This document shows positions 38,208-51,300 of a stretch of 64,000 nucleotides of DNA, piece after piece. How positions within the stretch are numbered: position 1 is the stretch's first letter; each line of letters begins with the position of its first letter. The notes under the pieces were generated by a model. That model did no database searches. It worked only from the letters and a program-made list of their open reading frames with translations, and had not been told where the DNA came from. A program made the position numbers and the translations under genes. Source of the stretch: Chlorokybus atmophyticus (Eukaryota; Plantae; Mesostigma and Chlorokybus algae); the NCBI GenBank assembly GCA_009103225.1, contig RHPI01000277.1, positions 20,652 to 84,651 on the forward strand, given 5' to 3'.

Positions 38208-39497
38208 AGGTGAAAGCCCGTACCGATGAGTGGACTCTCTGACTGGTGGAGACTCACTGATGCAAGTCGCACGGCGAGCGCAGGAGAGCGAGGCAGAGTG
38301 TGTGTGCTCTGCTGGTGCTCCCCCAATACTACCACCCAACACACTAGTGCTTGTAAATGCACTATGTGCTGGTAATAATAACACAACACTGATGCAACCA
38401 ACGCCGCTGCAAGAATGCAAGCCACGCTGATGCACGACACTCACTTGTACAAGGAGGATGACACTGTAAGTCAACAAGCTACTACTAGAGGTAGTGTTGC
38501 TTATGCTGTTCCTTGCATGAGGTCAAGATAATTCCACTATTAAGTGAGGTGTATGAGTGCGGCAACACGTGGATACCACACTCTGATGCGAATTACACAA
38601 CGTGCACCCACGCAACCACAATCACATCAAGTGACAAGCAATGCACGTGTGCATACACTGCATTCTCTCACGTGTAGATGTGTCTTGGGAAACGGGGCGA
38701 AGTGATGCAGTCACATTAAGCCACAACCTTCAGAGAGCAAGTCCCGAGCACTCCCAAAGATCAACATCCGTACTTCTTAGCTCTAAGTCTTTCAGTTCTC
38801 ACTTACAGTGTCATCAACGTACAGAGATTAAGTCTTAAGCCTTTATAGTCAAGTGACGACTTTTTAGTTCTAAGATAACGGCTAGTTTACGAATTGACCT
38901 AGATAAAACCTAAGTGAAACTCACAACGAATCAGCTAGTACGGCTGGTACTAGGTACCTACGACGACTGACTGACAACTAATTCGTGTCGCGCGGGACTC
39001 ATGGCGGTAGCCGGGGTCGATGTCTGGTTGTAGGCATGGCTGATCAAAAAGGTTACTGATGCTGATAGCATGAGAACGATGCCTGACTGTAGGCATCAAC
39101 GAGGAAGTTGGCCCCTCCTCGACCGCTGGCATGACAACCAGGCTTCGAGCCCATACCAAAGCCGTTAGCATGCATGAAGCCGCATGCCTCATCACGTGTA
39201 TAGCAAATAACTAACAACCACACGTGCGACACATCCATTGATAACATCACGTGTACATTATGAGACACACGCATGAGTGCAAGCACGCACGCACGCGTGT
39301 ATAACATGTATTATAACATGTACTTTGTATGAGTATGATACATATAATCATCTTGTTCAATGCTTAGGTTCACGCACACGCGCACGCGCACGTGCACGCA
39401 CACACAAGCGGTTGGATGTTGCACGATGTGCTGGGCTTTGTCCGCCTAAAAAGGCACTACAACACAACGCGCCACACGCCAACAAAAGGCGTCTTAC

Positions 39498-40431
39498 ATG
39501 CTGCTAAAACCGCTTGATTTGGAGACACTATACACCATGATCCCGCATGCGGACTTGTGCACGAGAATTGACATGTTGATGGAAGCGGTGTTTGCGTTTC
39601 AGCACGCTAGGCACCGTGTCACTCACCTATATGTGGGCATGGTGGAGCGCGCCATTCACTATCATTGGTCGGTGGGACCGGCATATCCGAGCCAGCCAGC
39701 AGGCTCCTAGCGCATGTACACGCCATCTTTGCTTAAAGAACACTTGCCGTTTGTGCTGATCAGTTGCTGGATTCGAATAGCGGCTAATGATATGCATCTC
39801 TAGTGCATTGGGATACCCATCTGCACCAATGCAGGTGTCTTCCGAAGCGCGGGCCGCGCCAACTTCTACCTGTACTCATATGCGTGGGACTTCATGCAGC
39901 GCTTGCGCCAGCTTGCTGCAATGCTTCGCATTTGGGGTGCTGCCCTTTGTAGACGACTTGATTGTGGCAAGCATACCTGAGTTTGCTGAGGAGTTAAACC
40001 TGTCAACAGCTTCGGCGGATGGGATATACCCGCGCGATAAGTTGACAGACACGCTCGGCAGAAGGAACGCGGTGCTGTTCTTGGAAGTGTACATGTTTTT
40101 AACGGAGCACCATATGCGCATAAAAGTGTACAATAAACTAAGTGAGCCAGCCTTTGCTTAGCTTAGCTTAGCTCGCCACAGAGCCCTACTACCTTCCTCG
40201 AATGTGCCAGCTATGATTAAACTAGGAGTGGTCGTATCGCAGATGATGAGATTTACGCGCTTGTGTACCGACCGCACTTATTTCTTGCATGCGATGGTCA
40301 AGTTGCTGCACGACATGCAAGAGGACGACTATTCCATGCGTCACATGATGAGGGTGCTGCGAGCGTGCCCGTGGCGAACAACATCCTACCTGTTTGCCAT
40401 TGCTCCTATCACAACTAAAAAACTTGCTTAA
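39498..40431 (+). mobile_element. Penelope-like element reverse transcriptase remnant (Chlamys/Naiad type)
   Basis: Ordered RT motifs DLETLYTMIPHADL (A), CIGIPICTNAGVF...ANFYLYSY (B), FVDDL (C), GIYP...FLEVYM...KVYNK and PSSNVPAMIKLGVVVSQMMRFTRLC (thumb). Three stops and one frameshift. No GIY-YIG endonuclease seen. Confidence 0.85.
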
Positions 40432-41699
40432 GTCACTCTCAATTCCTTACTTATGTGTAAGTGAAGATTCCGTATAGTCATGGTGTATGTAGCACCTGGT
40501 ATATGTGCTTACAAAGTCAGTTCTTATGCACTTAGTGTACGAGGACCTAGTTGCTACATAAGGCACTGTCTACCAGTACAGGACTGGTCAGCGCCAAGCG
40601 CTGAGTTGCTAAGGCACAAAAAGTGTTGCCTTTGTTGATGTGTCCAAGGCTGGGCAAAATCAGCCTGTGCTGACAAGTCAGCGCATAGGTGGCGAGGTCT
40701 CACTTGCCTCGGACATTTCATATGCCAGGGTAGTGTCGGAGAGCAGCGGGTAGTGTAAAGGCATGGCTACCATCTTGTGGTGGTAAGAAGTTACTTGCCT
40801 TACAAGAACTACCTGTGTGTGGGTGCCTGGTTGAAGCTGTTGAAGGGTGCTCTCCCCATCGACTCCCTTGTGGGTTGTCGCTGGCTGCAAGGTGTGTTGT
40901 AAGGTTCATCTGCTTGTGCAGCAGTTTGTGACCTTCTCAACAGGTAAGTTGAGAGGTCAACGTGACAGCTCCGAAAAAGTTGTATAGGATGATGCGAGAG
41001 CAGGCTTGGCGCTGATGACCGACAAGCATGGGCAGCAAGCTACTGATGAAGGGACCTGCCCATGCGTGCGACTGATAGCGACAGACATATATTGCACTCG
41101 GCACTGTCCACTCATCGTACTGCAGTATTATGAGTGACGCTACCAGGCACGGCACCGACAACTGCGCTGCGCTGGTGGCGTCAAAAAAGGACGAATGGGA
41201 GGCGGACGAGGGGAGGAGGAGGATGAGGTGGCGGGGGGAGTTGGTCTCGTCTTGCCTGCTGATTGCTGTAGCACTATCCACGATAACGTTGCTGCCGGCT
41301 GCTGTGCATGTACTGTACTTGGATTGGTTGGGGTTGGGCTAGGTAAGTGGTAGTTGTAGACCACGTAGCCGGGCTAAGCTAGGTACATGCGCTTACTGTG
41401 AGGTGAGTCCGTGTGCGCGTGTGTTCCATGCTACGACCTACTATGCAATCAATCAGTGTGCATATAGACTTGGCACAACCGAAGACTCCTTCCTTTTATT
41501 TATCTTGTGTACACACACACGCCCGCCCACCCACCCACCCACCCACACACACAAAGACTCCTTACCTTGATCATGTACACACCTCAATCGAATATGCATG
41601 TAATTCAAAAGCACACACATTGTTTAATAAATGCACATATCGTAATATATAAGGTAGATCAACATTGTGGCTCACAATTTATGGGCCCGCAAGCTGTGC

Positions 41700-43060
41700 C
41701 ACACGCGACGTGTGACACGTCGCGCGGGCTACAAGCTGCATGAAAACGTGCTGCATGAATTGCTCTAGGTTTCGGCAGGATTTTGCCATCGTTCGCCGCA
41801 TAAGCTGGTCAGTCCGCAAAATCGCCGACAACCTATCGGAAGTTCCGACTCGGAAGCGCCACCACCAAACGGTGCGGTTGACCGTTTCGTGAATTACCAA
41901 GCACCACTCAACGGTGTCAATTCGAGCGGGTAGGCGCATGATTACACTGTACTACACTGCTGTATTACTCTAGGACGCGCTGAACACTGCAGTGTCACCA
42001 TTCTAGGCACGACGCTTGCGGTCTACTCATGTACCCTGCCGTATGAGAGTTGAAGATGCGATACGCTTGAGCTGCAATCATGACAACGCACTTAATTCAC
42101 AAGCTCACACGCACCGTGCTAGTTGCACGTCACCACAACGCCATGATGGCACTGCCAGCAGTGGTGTGTCGTGTTGCGCTGAGTCGCTGTGGTACTGCGT
42201 CGTTTGGTACGGCATGCTTGAACTCGCAACTTAAAGCAACTCGCACGGTATTACTACACAGTGTTACCGAACAGACCAGCAGGCTGCGCACGCAAGTGAG
42301 TACATTCGCCTTTCGGCCGTGGCGGATAGCGCTACTGTGTCTCCTGCAGGACCAATGATGCGCTAACCAACGCGCCGCACCGCGTCTGCTGCAGTTGACG
42401 CCACACCACAGCTGCTTGAACACGGTTATAACGATCAGGCGAGGTGCACGCCTGTGGCCTGTCATGTCGCTGGCGTCAGCCTCCTCCTGCATGGGTTTGG
42501 TGATGTTGCTGTTTCTGGACTCCTTGTCTTGGGCGCGCCGCGGCAGGCGGCGACGGGGAGCGGGGTAAGGGCGCTGGAGGAGGGAAGCATCAACAAGGGT
42601 GAGTGTGGGACAACTCGAGGGTGACAAAGCCGCTGCTCCTACTGCTAGGGTTAGGGTTTCCAGCTTGCTCAGGGGCTGGGCGATTGTGCGTCCACCTGGC
42701 ACCGTCACGTCAGGTGGGCTGCCAGGTTGCTATGCCGCGTGTGGTAGTAGTTTGCTTTGAGATGTAAGCTAGGTAGCTGCGTCCTTGAGGCCGGCGGTGC
42801 AGACGACGACGTCGACGACAACGACCTCCATACCGGAAAAGGCGCTGGCCAGGAACGCCTAAAGCGGGTAACCTCCCCCTAGGTTGTCCAGGCTGGAGGT
42901 AGTCCGGGGGCAGGCTCTGGAAGATCGCGGTTGTGCTACGGGCGCTTGTAGCTCTGTTTGCCGCTTAGCAATTGGTCGGGTGCCGCAAGGTGCAAGCTCA
43001 ACCCTTAGCTCGGATGCCTAAGTTGGTCATGTTTGGGGCGGCTCGCTGCTGGTAGGCAGG
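41700..43060. promoter_or_regulatory. CpG-rich region upstream of the PZP gene (promoter, 5' exons or a divergent exon; unresolved)
   Basis: Visibly CG-rich compared with the TG/CA-rich arrays. Contains tagggttagggttt (telo-box-like) at ~42648 and a donor-like aagg|gtgagt at ~42598. Confidence 0.35.
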
Positions 43061-43081
43061 TGAACTCGTCTGGCTGTAGCA

Positions 43082-46000
43082 ATGGGGAGTGACGGCCCGC
43101 CACGAGATAGGTTGCCGATGGACCCAAAGGCATGGCTTTTGGCTGCCGCAAAGCCTTTCGTCCAGGCGCCAGTGGACAGGCGGCAGCATCACCCTCCTTC
43201 AACGGCTGCTGCTGTGGGCGGAAGGACTCTTGCGGACGCAGATGGAGCCTACGCTGATCCTGCTACAGGTATTGTAGGTGCCATTTGCGATGCTAGTTAA
43301 CAATAATGCTGTTGCAACTGTCTGCGTGTGCACTGTTTGCGTGCTACGTGCTGCTGGCTTTTGCGTCTCTCTGCGCTGTTGTTGACCAAGCAACCTTTGA
43401 GAGAAAGTTGCCTTAATTTGCAAGGGCATCACCACTGCAGTCCGGTTTGACATTGTCACCTGCGCGGTAATCAACTGATTGAGCTGCAGCTCCGCAGTAT
43501 TCTGTCAAGCAGCGCGCCAAAGCATTTGCTGCTCAGCCTGAAGTGTAACTGCGTGGATGTTCTGTTGAGAGCTCAATGCATTCATCCACTGCGGACTGTG
43601 ACCCAAACAACATCGGGGCTGGTTTGCATGCTAACATGAGTTTGAATGTATTGACCAGTGGTTGCCTTCGTCAAGCCGTTTTGCTGGTCCAGATATTTTC
43701 TGAAATGCAGCGCGTGTAGCTGGTTGTTGTGCGCAGTGTTCCAGCAAGAACAATGATTGTCGCAGGTACTCTGAGTAACTTGGAGGACCTCAGTGAAAAT
43801 GGGTGGTTGCGTAGTTACCACAAAAGAGGTTCACGTTCAGGCCCATCAACATCAGAGGTAAGACCGCGCACAGGTTGTCAGGTGCTTGTCTTGCAGCAAC
43901 TTGCAGCAGTTAGTTCTAATACCCAGCCAGTTGCTTCTGGTCATCACTAGCGATATCGCTGACACTAATGAATTCTCTTCGCTTGCATAACAGCATGCAT
44001 GTTAAGCTCAGAGGCTACTGCAGGAAATAGTTCTGCATGACTGTGGCAGGGTGATAGCTCAGTCTGGCTGAGCATGATATGTTTTGTTTGCCAACAGTAC
44101 TTAGTATGCAACAAACTTCATTGCTTCCTACAGATGATGAGCTATGTTGATCAATGCAGTAGAGTGCTTGTTACTTGCTCATGCACAGTTGAAAAGTCTC
44201 ACCTTGCCCAGGATGCATTGATAACTGCAAGCTTCAAGAAGCAAACGCCTCGGTGGTTACGCCGACTGCACAAGAAGCAACAGCAACTCATGGATCTCGA
44301 CCTAAGCCAAAGCCCAGAGCAAACAGCTTATATGCTTGGGCATACTGATTTGGCCCAACGCTTTCAGGGTGCCGGTCTAAGTGGTGGGTTACAGATTGGT
44401 TGCTGCCTTTCTGTGACAGCCTAAAAATTGTATCCCCCCCCTTCCTCCCCATCCCTCTTCTCCTCCAATATGCTTGTCAATTTGCAGAAGCTTCCAGGCG
44501 CAGGCCTGAATCACAACTCAATGACCCGGTGCCGGTCTCTTCGTCCAGCAAACCTTTTCAAGCTCGGTCATACCGCATGCAAGTGGAAGGAGTCAGTGTC
44601 AGCTGCTGGAGCCCAGAAGGTTCACCTTTTGGTAAGCAAAGCAGCACGGTCAGCTACTGTTGAGGTGCTTGGGTCAGTGCCGACATGGCAATTACATGCT
44701 GTGCTTTGCTCTAGGTGGCATCATGACGCAGTACCGGGACAAGCTTACCATAACATGCAAATGTTGCAGCGTGCATCGCACTCCGCGGCAGTTTGCTGTG
44801 GTAGGTGTTGATAACCGCCAAACAGTGCTGTGTCTGCATAGTGTCATCTTACCTTCTTACATGTGGTGATTGTGGTGCTGCAGCATGCTGGACACAGCGC
44901 TGATGATGCACCCAAAGTGATACTTGTCAATGATGGTCTGGTGCAACCTCTCCATGCTTGGGCTGTCAGACATAACGTTGATGTGACAGATGCATGCATC
45001 ATCCAAGTGCGCATGGCAGATGACGTAAGTTGTGAGTTGATTACATTTTATGCTGATGCTGTATATCAAGTTATTATGTCCTGATGCGTGTTGTGCGTTC
45101 TGTGCATAGGGTTACGCTGCAAGAGCAACAGCATTGCACACGACCTCAGAGCCTTCAAAGGCTTCAGGCTTGCGGGAGGTCAACTTGCTGGAGAGATTGA
45201 GAGCTCCAGTGCCTTTGCCAAAGGTTGTGTCAAGCAACCAGCATTCTCTCTCCCCACCTTCAGTCTTAATCGAAGCACGGCCACGCAGCCCTGTTGGGTC
45301 GTTTCTTGACTTGAATGTACCTGCCAGCGAAACAACTTATGCTTTACAATCACAGCCTGCAGCGGCAAAACGGGTAGCTCCAATCTCCCCAGAACGAAGA
45401 TTGGAACCAGCTGGTATGTGGCCCTTGATTCAATGATGAGTTGGTCATTGCCTGCCAAGCTTGTGCGTTATCTTGTGAAACATGGGCGCATTGTCATTTA
45501 ACATGTGCTGAAGCAAGTGCTGCCTGTGCGTGCAAACATCTGACGTGCTGAGTGCACGGCAGATATGCAAGCGGCTTCTGTTCTGGCAACTGTGGACGCT
45601 GGTACTCGTCAGAAGCGGAGGCGGTTCGATGACCATCATCCAACCATTGATGTCATCTTTCCTCCTCAGGGATTTGATTTGAACGTTCTATCCAACGTCA
45701 ATATTCCAGAAGCGGGACAGGTTTCTCTAGGCATGCCAGCGTCATTATACCCATTGTTGCAGCCGAGAGCTACACCGACTCAGCTTATTGACCCGGCAGC
45801 TAGAGCTGAACAGCACGTCACTGTGCATAGTGACGCGTTACCACCACTCTCGCCTCCACCAGCAGCAGTTGGGAAAAAGCGTGGCCGCAAGGTGCTCATG
45901 GCAACAGTACTGCATGGCGACAGATGCGTTTTAATGGGTTACAACTTGCACACAACCAGTATGTCTGACTGTAGTTATCACTTGGCAGCCTCAAGCGCTG

Positions 46001-47683
46001 GAAGCACAGCATAAGGAGCCCAAGGAGGCGTCATATGCAGAACGGCGGGTGTTGTGCAATGTGTGCTGCGCATCTCATAGGCAGGACATGGTAGAATGCG
46101 TTGCCTGCACGTTGACGGTGAGGATATGTATGCATAGTCATATGTCACATCTGACTATGCTGTTTGTAAGATACAACATTGTCCAGGTGGTTATGACACT
46201 GGTTGGGTGTTTCCTACTTTGCAACCAACAGATGTCTTGCACATGTGTGGCATTGCTCAGTTTTGCCTAACACAACTGTCAAGTCAAGCGTGAGTGATTG
46301 GATTGATTGTTGCAAGCCAGATGTTGTGTTAATGCTGGGTTTGACTCTAGGTGCACAAGTCATGCTATGCCGTGGACCTGGTACCTGCGGAGCCGTGGCT
46401 CTGTCGTGTCTGCGCCTTAACGCTGGAACATCAGGTAGGCCAAACCAACTCTTGTTGTTTGGGACATTGATATGGTCAGCTATGCGCTGCACGCCTCCTG
46501 TCGTTACCCACTGTTGCATGCGCCCTACGTGCGTTCAGGCGTGCACCTTCTGCGAGTGCAAAGGGGGTGCTATGCTCAAGCTGCAGGCTCGTGACAGCAA
46601 TGCCTCCGAGGGCCAAGTACATGTTTCAAGGAAAAACCGCTCGCGCCCGTTTGCTGCCAGCAGCCCTTCAGAAAACAGCGCTCAGCAGCGGTTGCAAGCT
46701 GGAGGAGTCAGCAGTGATGCTCTGGCAGTGCCCGCTTCCACAGCGCGGCCGTTTTATATCCGCAATCTGGCAACTACAAAAGTAACGACACGTACCCGGA
46801 TGGTGGCCACATTGGTGATAATTCCATCTCGTGAAGACAAGCAGAACGAGAGCAGCGCAGGTTGGTTGTTTACCACAGCAGTTCTATGCATTGTAACTTA
46901 GCATCATATACTTGGCATGAGTGAGTGGCCCACAAGGCATGCGTGCGCATGCAACTGCTTTGGCGTTTGCTGGTTATCTGTGTTTCTGTTTCTACATCTC
47001 TGCGTTACTGTTTCTGTCAATCAAGTTGGCGCTTTCTGCCTGCGTGCCTTAGTTCAGAGGCAGACACAGCGCAGTACGTATGGTTGTTGATTCGTTGTGA
47101 CACAGGTTCATGGGTGCACATTGCCTGTGCGCTGTGGCTGTCTGAAAAGTTGGAGGAGGAGGGCAGCTCAATTTCCATCTCAAGCGTAAATCGCTTCAAC
47201 AACAGCAAGTGCAACGGGTGCGAGGGTCGAACCGGGGCAGTTGTCGCGTGTGTGCATCAGGGATGTGGGCGCTCCTTCCACGCTTGTTGTGCCGGTTTGC
47301 AAGGCCGCATCTCGACATGTCGCTTGCAGAGCGGACAAGCGCAGCTGCAGTTTGCTTGCAGCAGCCATCATACACGGCCTGTGAAGGGCAGCTCTACCTC
47401 TGCACAGAAGCGGTTTGCTGAACTCGCCACCAAGCTGGTTATGCGACAGGTATGCGCTTGGTTAATGCCACAACGATGCATGGCGCAATTCCACAGCAGT
47501 CTGCTGCTGAGTTGTTGCTCTTCCTTTGCAAGTGATAGTGCGCAATGATTGTGCTTGTAGCCAAAATCGCCAGAGTTGGGTAGCCGGAAGCGGTTTCGAG
47601 CAATAGTAACCAAACCTCGACGGCGAAAAGCATCTATACACCCTCGACGGTGTGTGGCTGCCCGCAAGGCTTTGACATCATAG
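43082..47683 (+). CDS. SAND-like plus PZP (PHD-Zn knuckle-PHD) chromatin-reader protein, ~813 aa, 13 exons
   Basis: Phase-consistent GT-AG exons 43082-43268, 43766-43857, 44212-44368, 44488-44631, 44715-44800, 44884-45024, 45110-45413, 45563-45891, 45989-46117, 46351-46434, 46539-46860, 47106-47449, 47561-47683 (2442 nt). PHD1 CNVC..CVAC..VHKSCY..PWLCRVC; knuckle CTFCECKGGAM..WVHIACALW; PHD2 CNGC..CVHQGCGRSFHACC..CSSH; SAND-like ITCKCCSVHRTPRQFAVHAG. The true start may lie further upstream. Confidence 0.85.
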
Positions 47684-48329
47684 CAGGCTCTTGGCAGCTG
47701 AGTTACTCCGGGCATGTTGGGAGCAGGTAAGTCCAGTTAAAACTGCCACAATGTTCATGCGCTGTGTACACTGCACTGGCCACATACACTGCGAATGTAC
47801 TGCGCTTGGCTGCAAATTGCATTGAGCATGCAGACCTTGCCGGTGTGCCTGCTCGCGACGCATTCATGCTGCAGGTCCATCTTCTGACCAACACCTTTCT
47901 GTACTCAGCAGACATTGCTCGCTGCTAGAGTGCTGGCTGTACAGGAGATGTGCTGCCTTTGCGCGCTGCAAACCAATGCTTGGAGTGTTTTGTAGCTTTT
48001 GTAGCTCCTCTCTGACATTTGACCGTACAGGATGCTAGTGTGTTCTCGCAGTGGGTTTTTCAAAGTACCATTTAGGGGTGCCTGTGACCAGTTGTACAGT
48101 CCATGGCCATTAGCGCTGGAGGTTGTGAAAACATTGGTTGTACATGTGTTCGATTATGCAATAAATAACATTCACCTGTTTGAAAAACACTCCACCGTAA
48201 TGGAACTTACTTGTGCAGAAGCTGTTGCATTTGGAATGTAATAAAGCAATATAAAGCAATCTGTGTGTTATCTGTTGACTAATCACCTGCTTAGTATACC
48301 AATACCAACTACCTCGAAGGACTGATCAT

Positions 48330-51300
48330 TTATCGCTGTTGTTACTATAGTCTGTTGTACTAACTTCCAATTGTCATCCAACCTACAGTGCTGCATGCAA
48401 TTTGTCGAGAGGGGGGTTCAATCATGTGCTCTAAGGCAAATTCGCAGTTCAATACGTGCTAATTTGATCTCTGTAACAGACCTATGCGCGGGCACCCTCA
48501 TCACAAGGCTCAGGTTACACAAACTACAATGCTGCAGCAACGAGCAATGTGTTGGCTGCACAAGCCATCAAGGGTCCATGTTCCATAGCCTTACACAGTG
48601 GATATAAGTGGCGCACATCACTGTGGCCATCACTGTGGTCAGCTCGGAAGGGGGAACACCTTGCCCTGCGCACACCTTGCCCCGTGGGTGCTGCGCGTGC
48701 GTACCGTGCAGTTGACCACTACTTCAGCGCGCATCTCCTGGTCATGTGCCCTGAGACTGTCAGTTTGCCGTTTTGAGAGTAGCTGTGACAACATGCTATG
48801 CACTGCACTCGCCAACAACACACGGTCTTTTCATATGTATGACAGACCGTGCATTGCTGCCACAGCGCATTGCCGCGGCTTACCATCTCAGCCAGTGGTG
48901 AGCACACTCGTTTTCACAGCACAGCTCTGTCCAGGCACCACCTTGAACCGCTATATTGTCGTAGTGTCAACATCCGGAAGCTATGCGTGCTGCGGGTCTG
49001 TTCACCCCTTCACAGATCACTGTTGTGTACCACGCAGCTCAGGTGCAAGACATCAGCAAAGCAACGGCAAGCGAAGAAATAAGCAATGCCTTCATGCACA
49101 AGTAACTGGTCACAAAGCCCCCNNNNNNNNNNNNNNNNNNNNNNNNNNNNNNNNNNNNNNNNNNNNNNNNNNNNNNNNNNNNNNNNNNNNNNNNNNNNNN
49201 NNNNNNNNNNNNNNNNNNNNNNNNNNNNNNNNNNNNNNNNNNNNNNNNNNNNNNNNNNNNNNNNNNNNNNNNNNNNNNNNNNNNNNNNNNNNNNNNNNNN
49301 NNNNNNNNNNNNNNNNNNNNNNNNNNNNNNNNNNNNNNNNNNNNNNNNNNNNNNNNNNNNNNNNNNNNNNNNNNNNNNNNNNNNNNNNNNNNNNNNNNNN
49401 NNNNNNNNNNNNNNNNNNNNNNNNNNNNNNNNNNNNNNNNNNNNNNNNNNNNNNNNNNNNNNNNNNNNNNNNNNNNNNNNNNNNNNNNNNNNNNNNNNNN
49501 NNNNNNNNNNNNNNNNNNNNNNNNNNNNNNNNNNNNNNNNNNNNNNNNNNNNNNNNNNNNNNNNNNNNNNNNNNNNNNNNNNNNNNNNNNNNNNNNNNNN
49601 NNNNNNNNNNNNNNNNNNNNNNNNNNNNNNNNNNNNNNNNNNNNNNNNNNNNNNNNNNNNNNNNNNNNNNNNNNNNNNNNNNNNNNNNNNNNNNNNNNNN
49701 NNNNNNNNNNNNNNNNNNNNNNNNNNNNNNNNNNNNNNNNNNNNNNNCCCCGCCACTGACATACACGAGCATGCAGTCGAGTCTTTATTTGGGCAGTATA
49801 CGAACCAGCCTGAGCAAGCGTCATGTCCATCTGCACTTCAGGTGGCAGCGGTGCTATAACCCATGGCACATACTGAGCTCCATACTGGACTCCACGCAGA
49901 AACGCTGCTAGGACGTGCGTTGGTGGTGGACTTGGGCGCTTTCTGGATCACCTATTGTCTTCGCATCCCCGTTATGGTGTCGAGCTGAACACACTTGACG
50001 TGGTCTCGACGCGATCTGCGCAAACAAACATGCGTCGTGCAGCTTCGCCTCAAAGGCAGTTGCTTTGAAGCCAGGGAGCAGCACCCGTGCACAGTACTGC
50101 GAGGTGCAGAGAGTTATGCAAGCCCTGATGGTGTCATTTCACCACTGGCAACTGCATCAGCACCCTGCAACAAAGTGTCCAGGTAGGTCCTACCAGGTTA
50201 AGACAAAATCCTCACCTCTCAGCAACGGCACAGTGCAATGCAATGCGGTTAGTAGGTACACGCTGATGGAGATGACTGCATCAGCGTGTACCAAGAAAGC
50301 TTTGCATGTGTCATGGAGTTGTTAGCACGTGCAACGCAGCCTCTCACGCGTTCATGGCGCGCCTGTCTAGTGACTGCAACACGCAAGCAAGGCATACTTG
50401 CCAATGGGAGTTGCAAGTGTGGTCCAAACAGCTTGTGGGATGGAAGTTCGCACCTGTTGCATGTGGATTCTCTTTGAGCCTTCCTCCAGTTGGCTGTGTG
50501 TTGCCNNNNNNNNNNNNNNNNNNNNNNNNNNNNNNNNNNNNNNNNNNNNNNNNNNNNNNNNNNNNNNNNNNNNNNNNNNNNNNNNNNNNNNNNNNNNNNN
50601 NNNNNNNNNNNNNNNNNNNNNNNNNNNNNNNNNNNNNNNNCACACACACACACAGACAACCCAAAAAACAATAAAACAAACAAAACACAAGCCGGTATGC
50701 GCAGCAGCTTTTGAAACCGCCAGTGTATGAAACATGAGAGGTCCAACAACCGGAATACAAGGCTAGTCAACAGGTGCCCTGCATGCACATCCAGGGTCTG
50801 TCATTGACACTTGACATCATGAACAACAGCATGTCCCACTTGAGACCACCTTATGTACATGCAAGTACAAGCTTCGGCCTGCTTACAAACAATGCAGCAA
50901 TGGATCCGCGAAATGGGTCTCAAACATCTGACCAGCAGTAGTTTGAGGCCAATTTGACTGCAAACCACGAGGGTCTTTATGCCCGTAAAACCAGCTTGTA
51001 CCAGACTCACCAGAATTGCACTTGAACCCTGAACAGAGTGCGTGGGCCACATTGTTGTCCAGGAAATAGTGAGAAGAATGTCGCTTTACAGGCAAGAACG
51101 CCAGCAGAGGCATGCACATACGTACAATGGACGACGTACAGACTCTTTCCCTTGATCCTATACACACACGCACACACGCGCGCGCATGTGCACCCGTACG
51201 CGCACGTCCACACACGCACCCACAGCCGGCAGGACAATCATAATGTTGGTTGTGGCAGTAAACAGTGCAGTTGCAGGCAGATTTTTATTACGGCTTGCAA

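Noticed and set aside
38580-38592. Possible decayed tRNA-Met primer-binding site upstream of gag
   Set aside because: Only about 8 of 12 bases match and there is no adjacent LTR end or LTR pair.
40450-41300. Possible Ty3 pol remnant on the minus strand (LLLPSSASHSSF protease-like, GVDGESTLQQLQPG, DGSHAF)
   Set aside because: Matches are short, scattered over different frames and lie upstream of the gag remnant, which is the wrong order for one element. Not supportable without an HMM search.
42645-42662. Interstitial telomere (ttaggg)
   Set aside because: Only two copies; at most a telo-box-like word.
42130-42708. 192-aa minus-strand ORF
   Set aside because: It lies in a GC-rich region with no recognisable domain or convincing splice chain; it could be promoter or 5' UTR sequence of the PZP gene.
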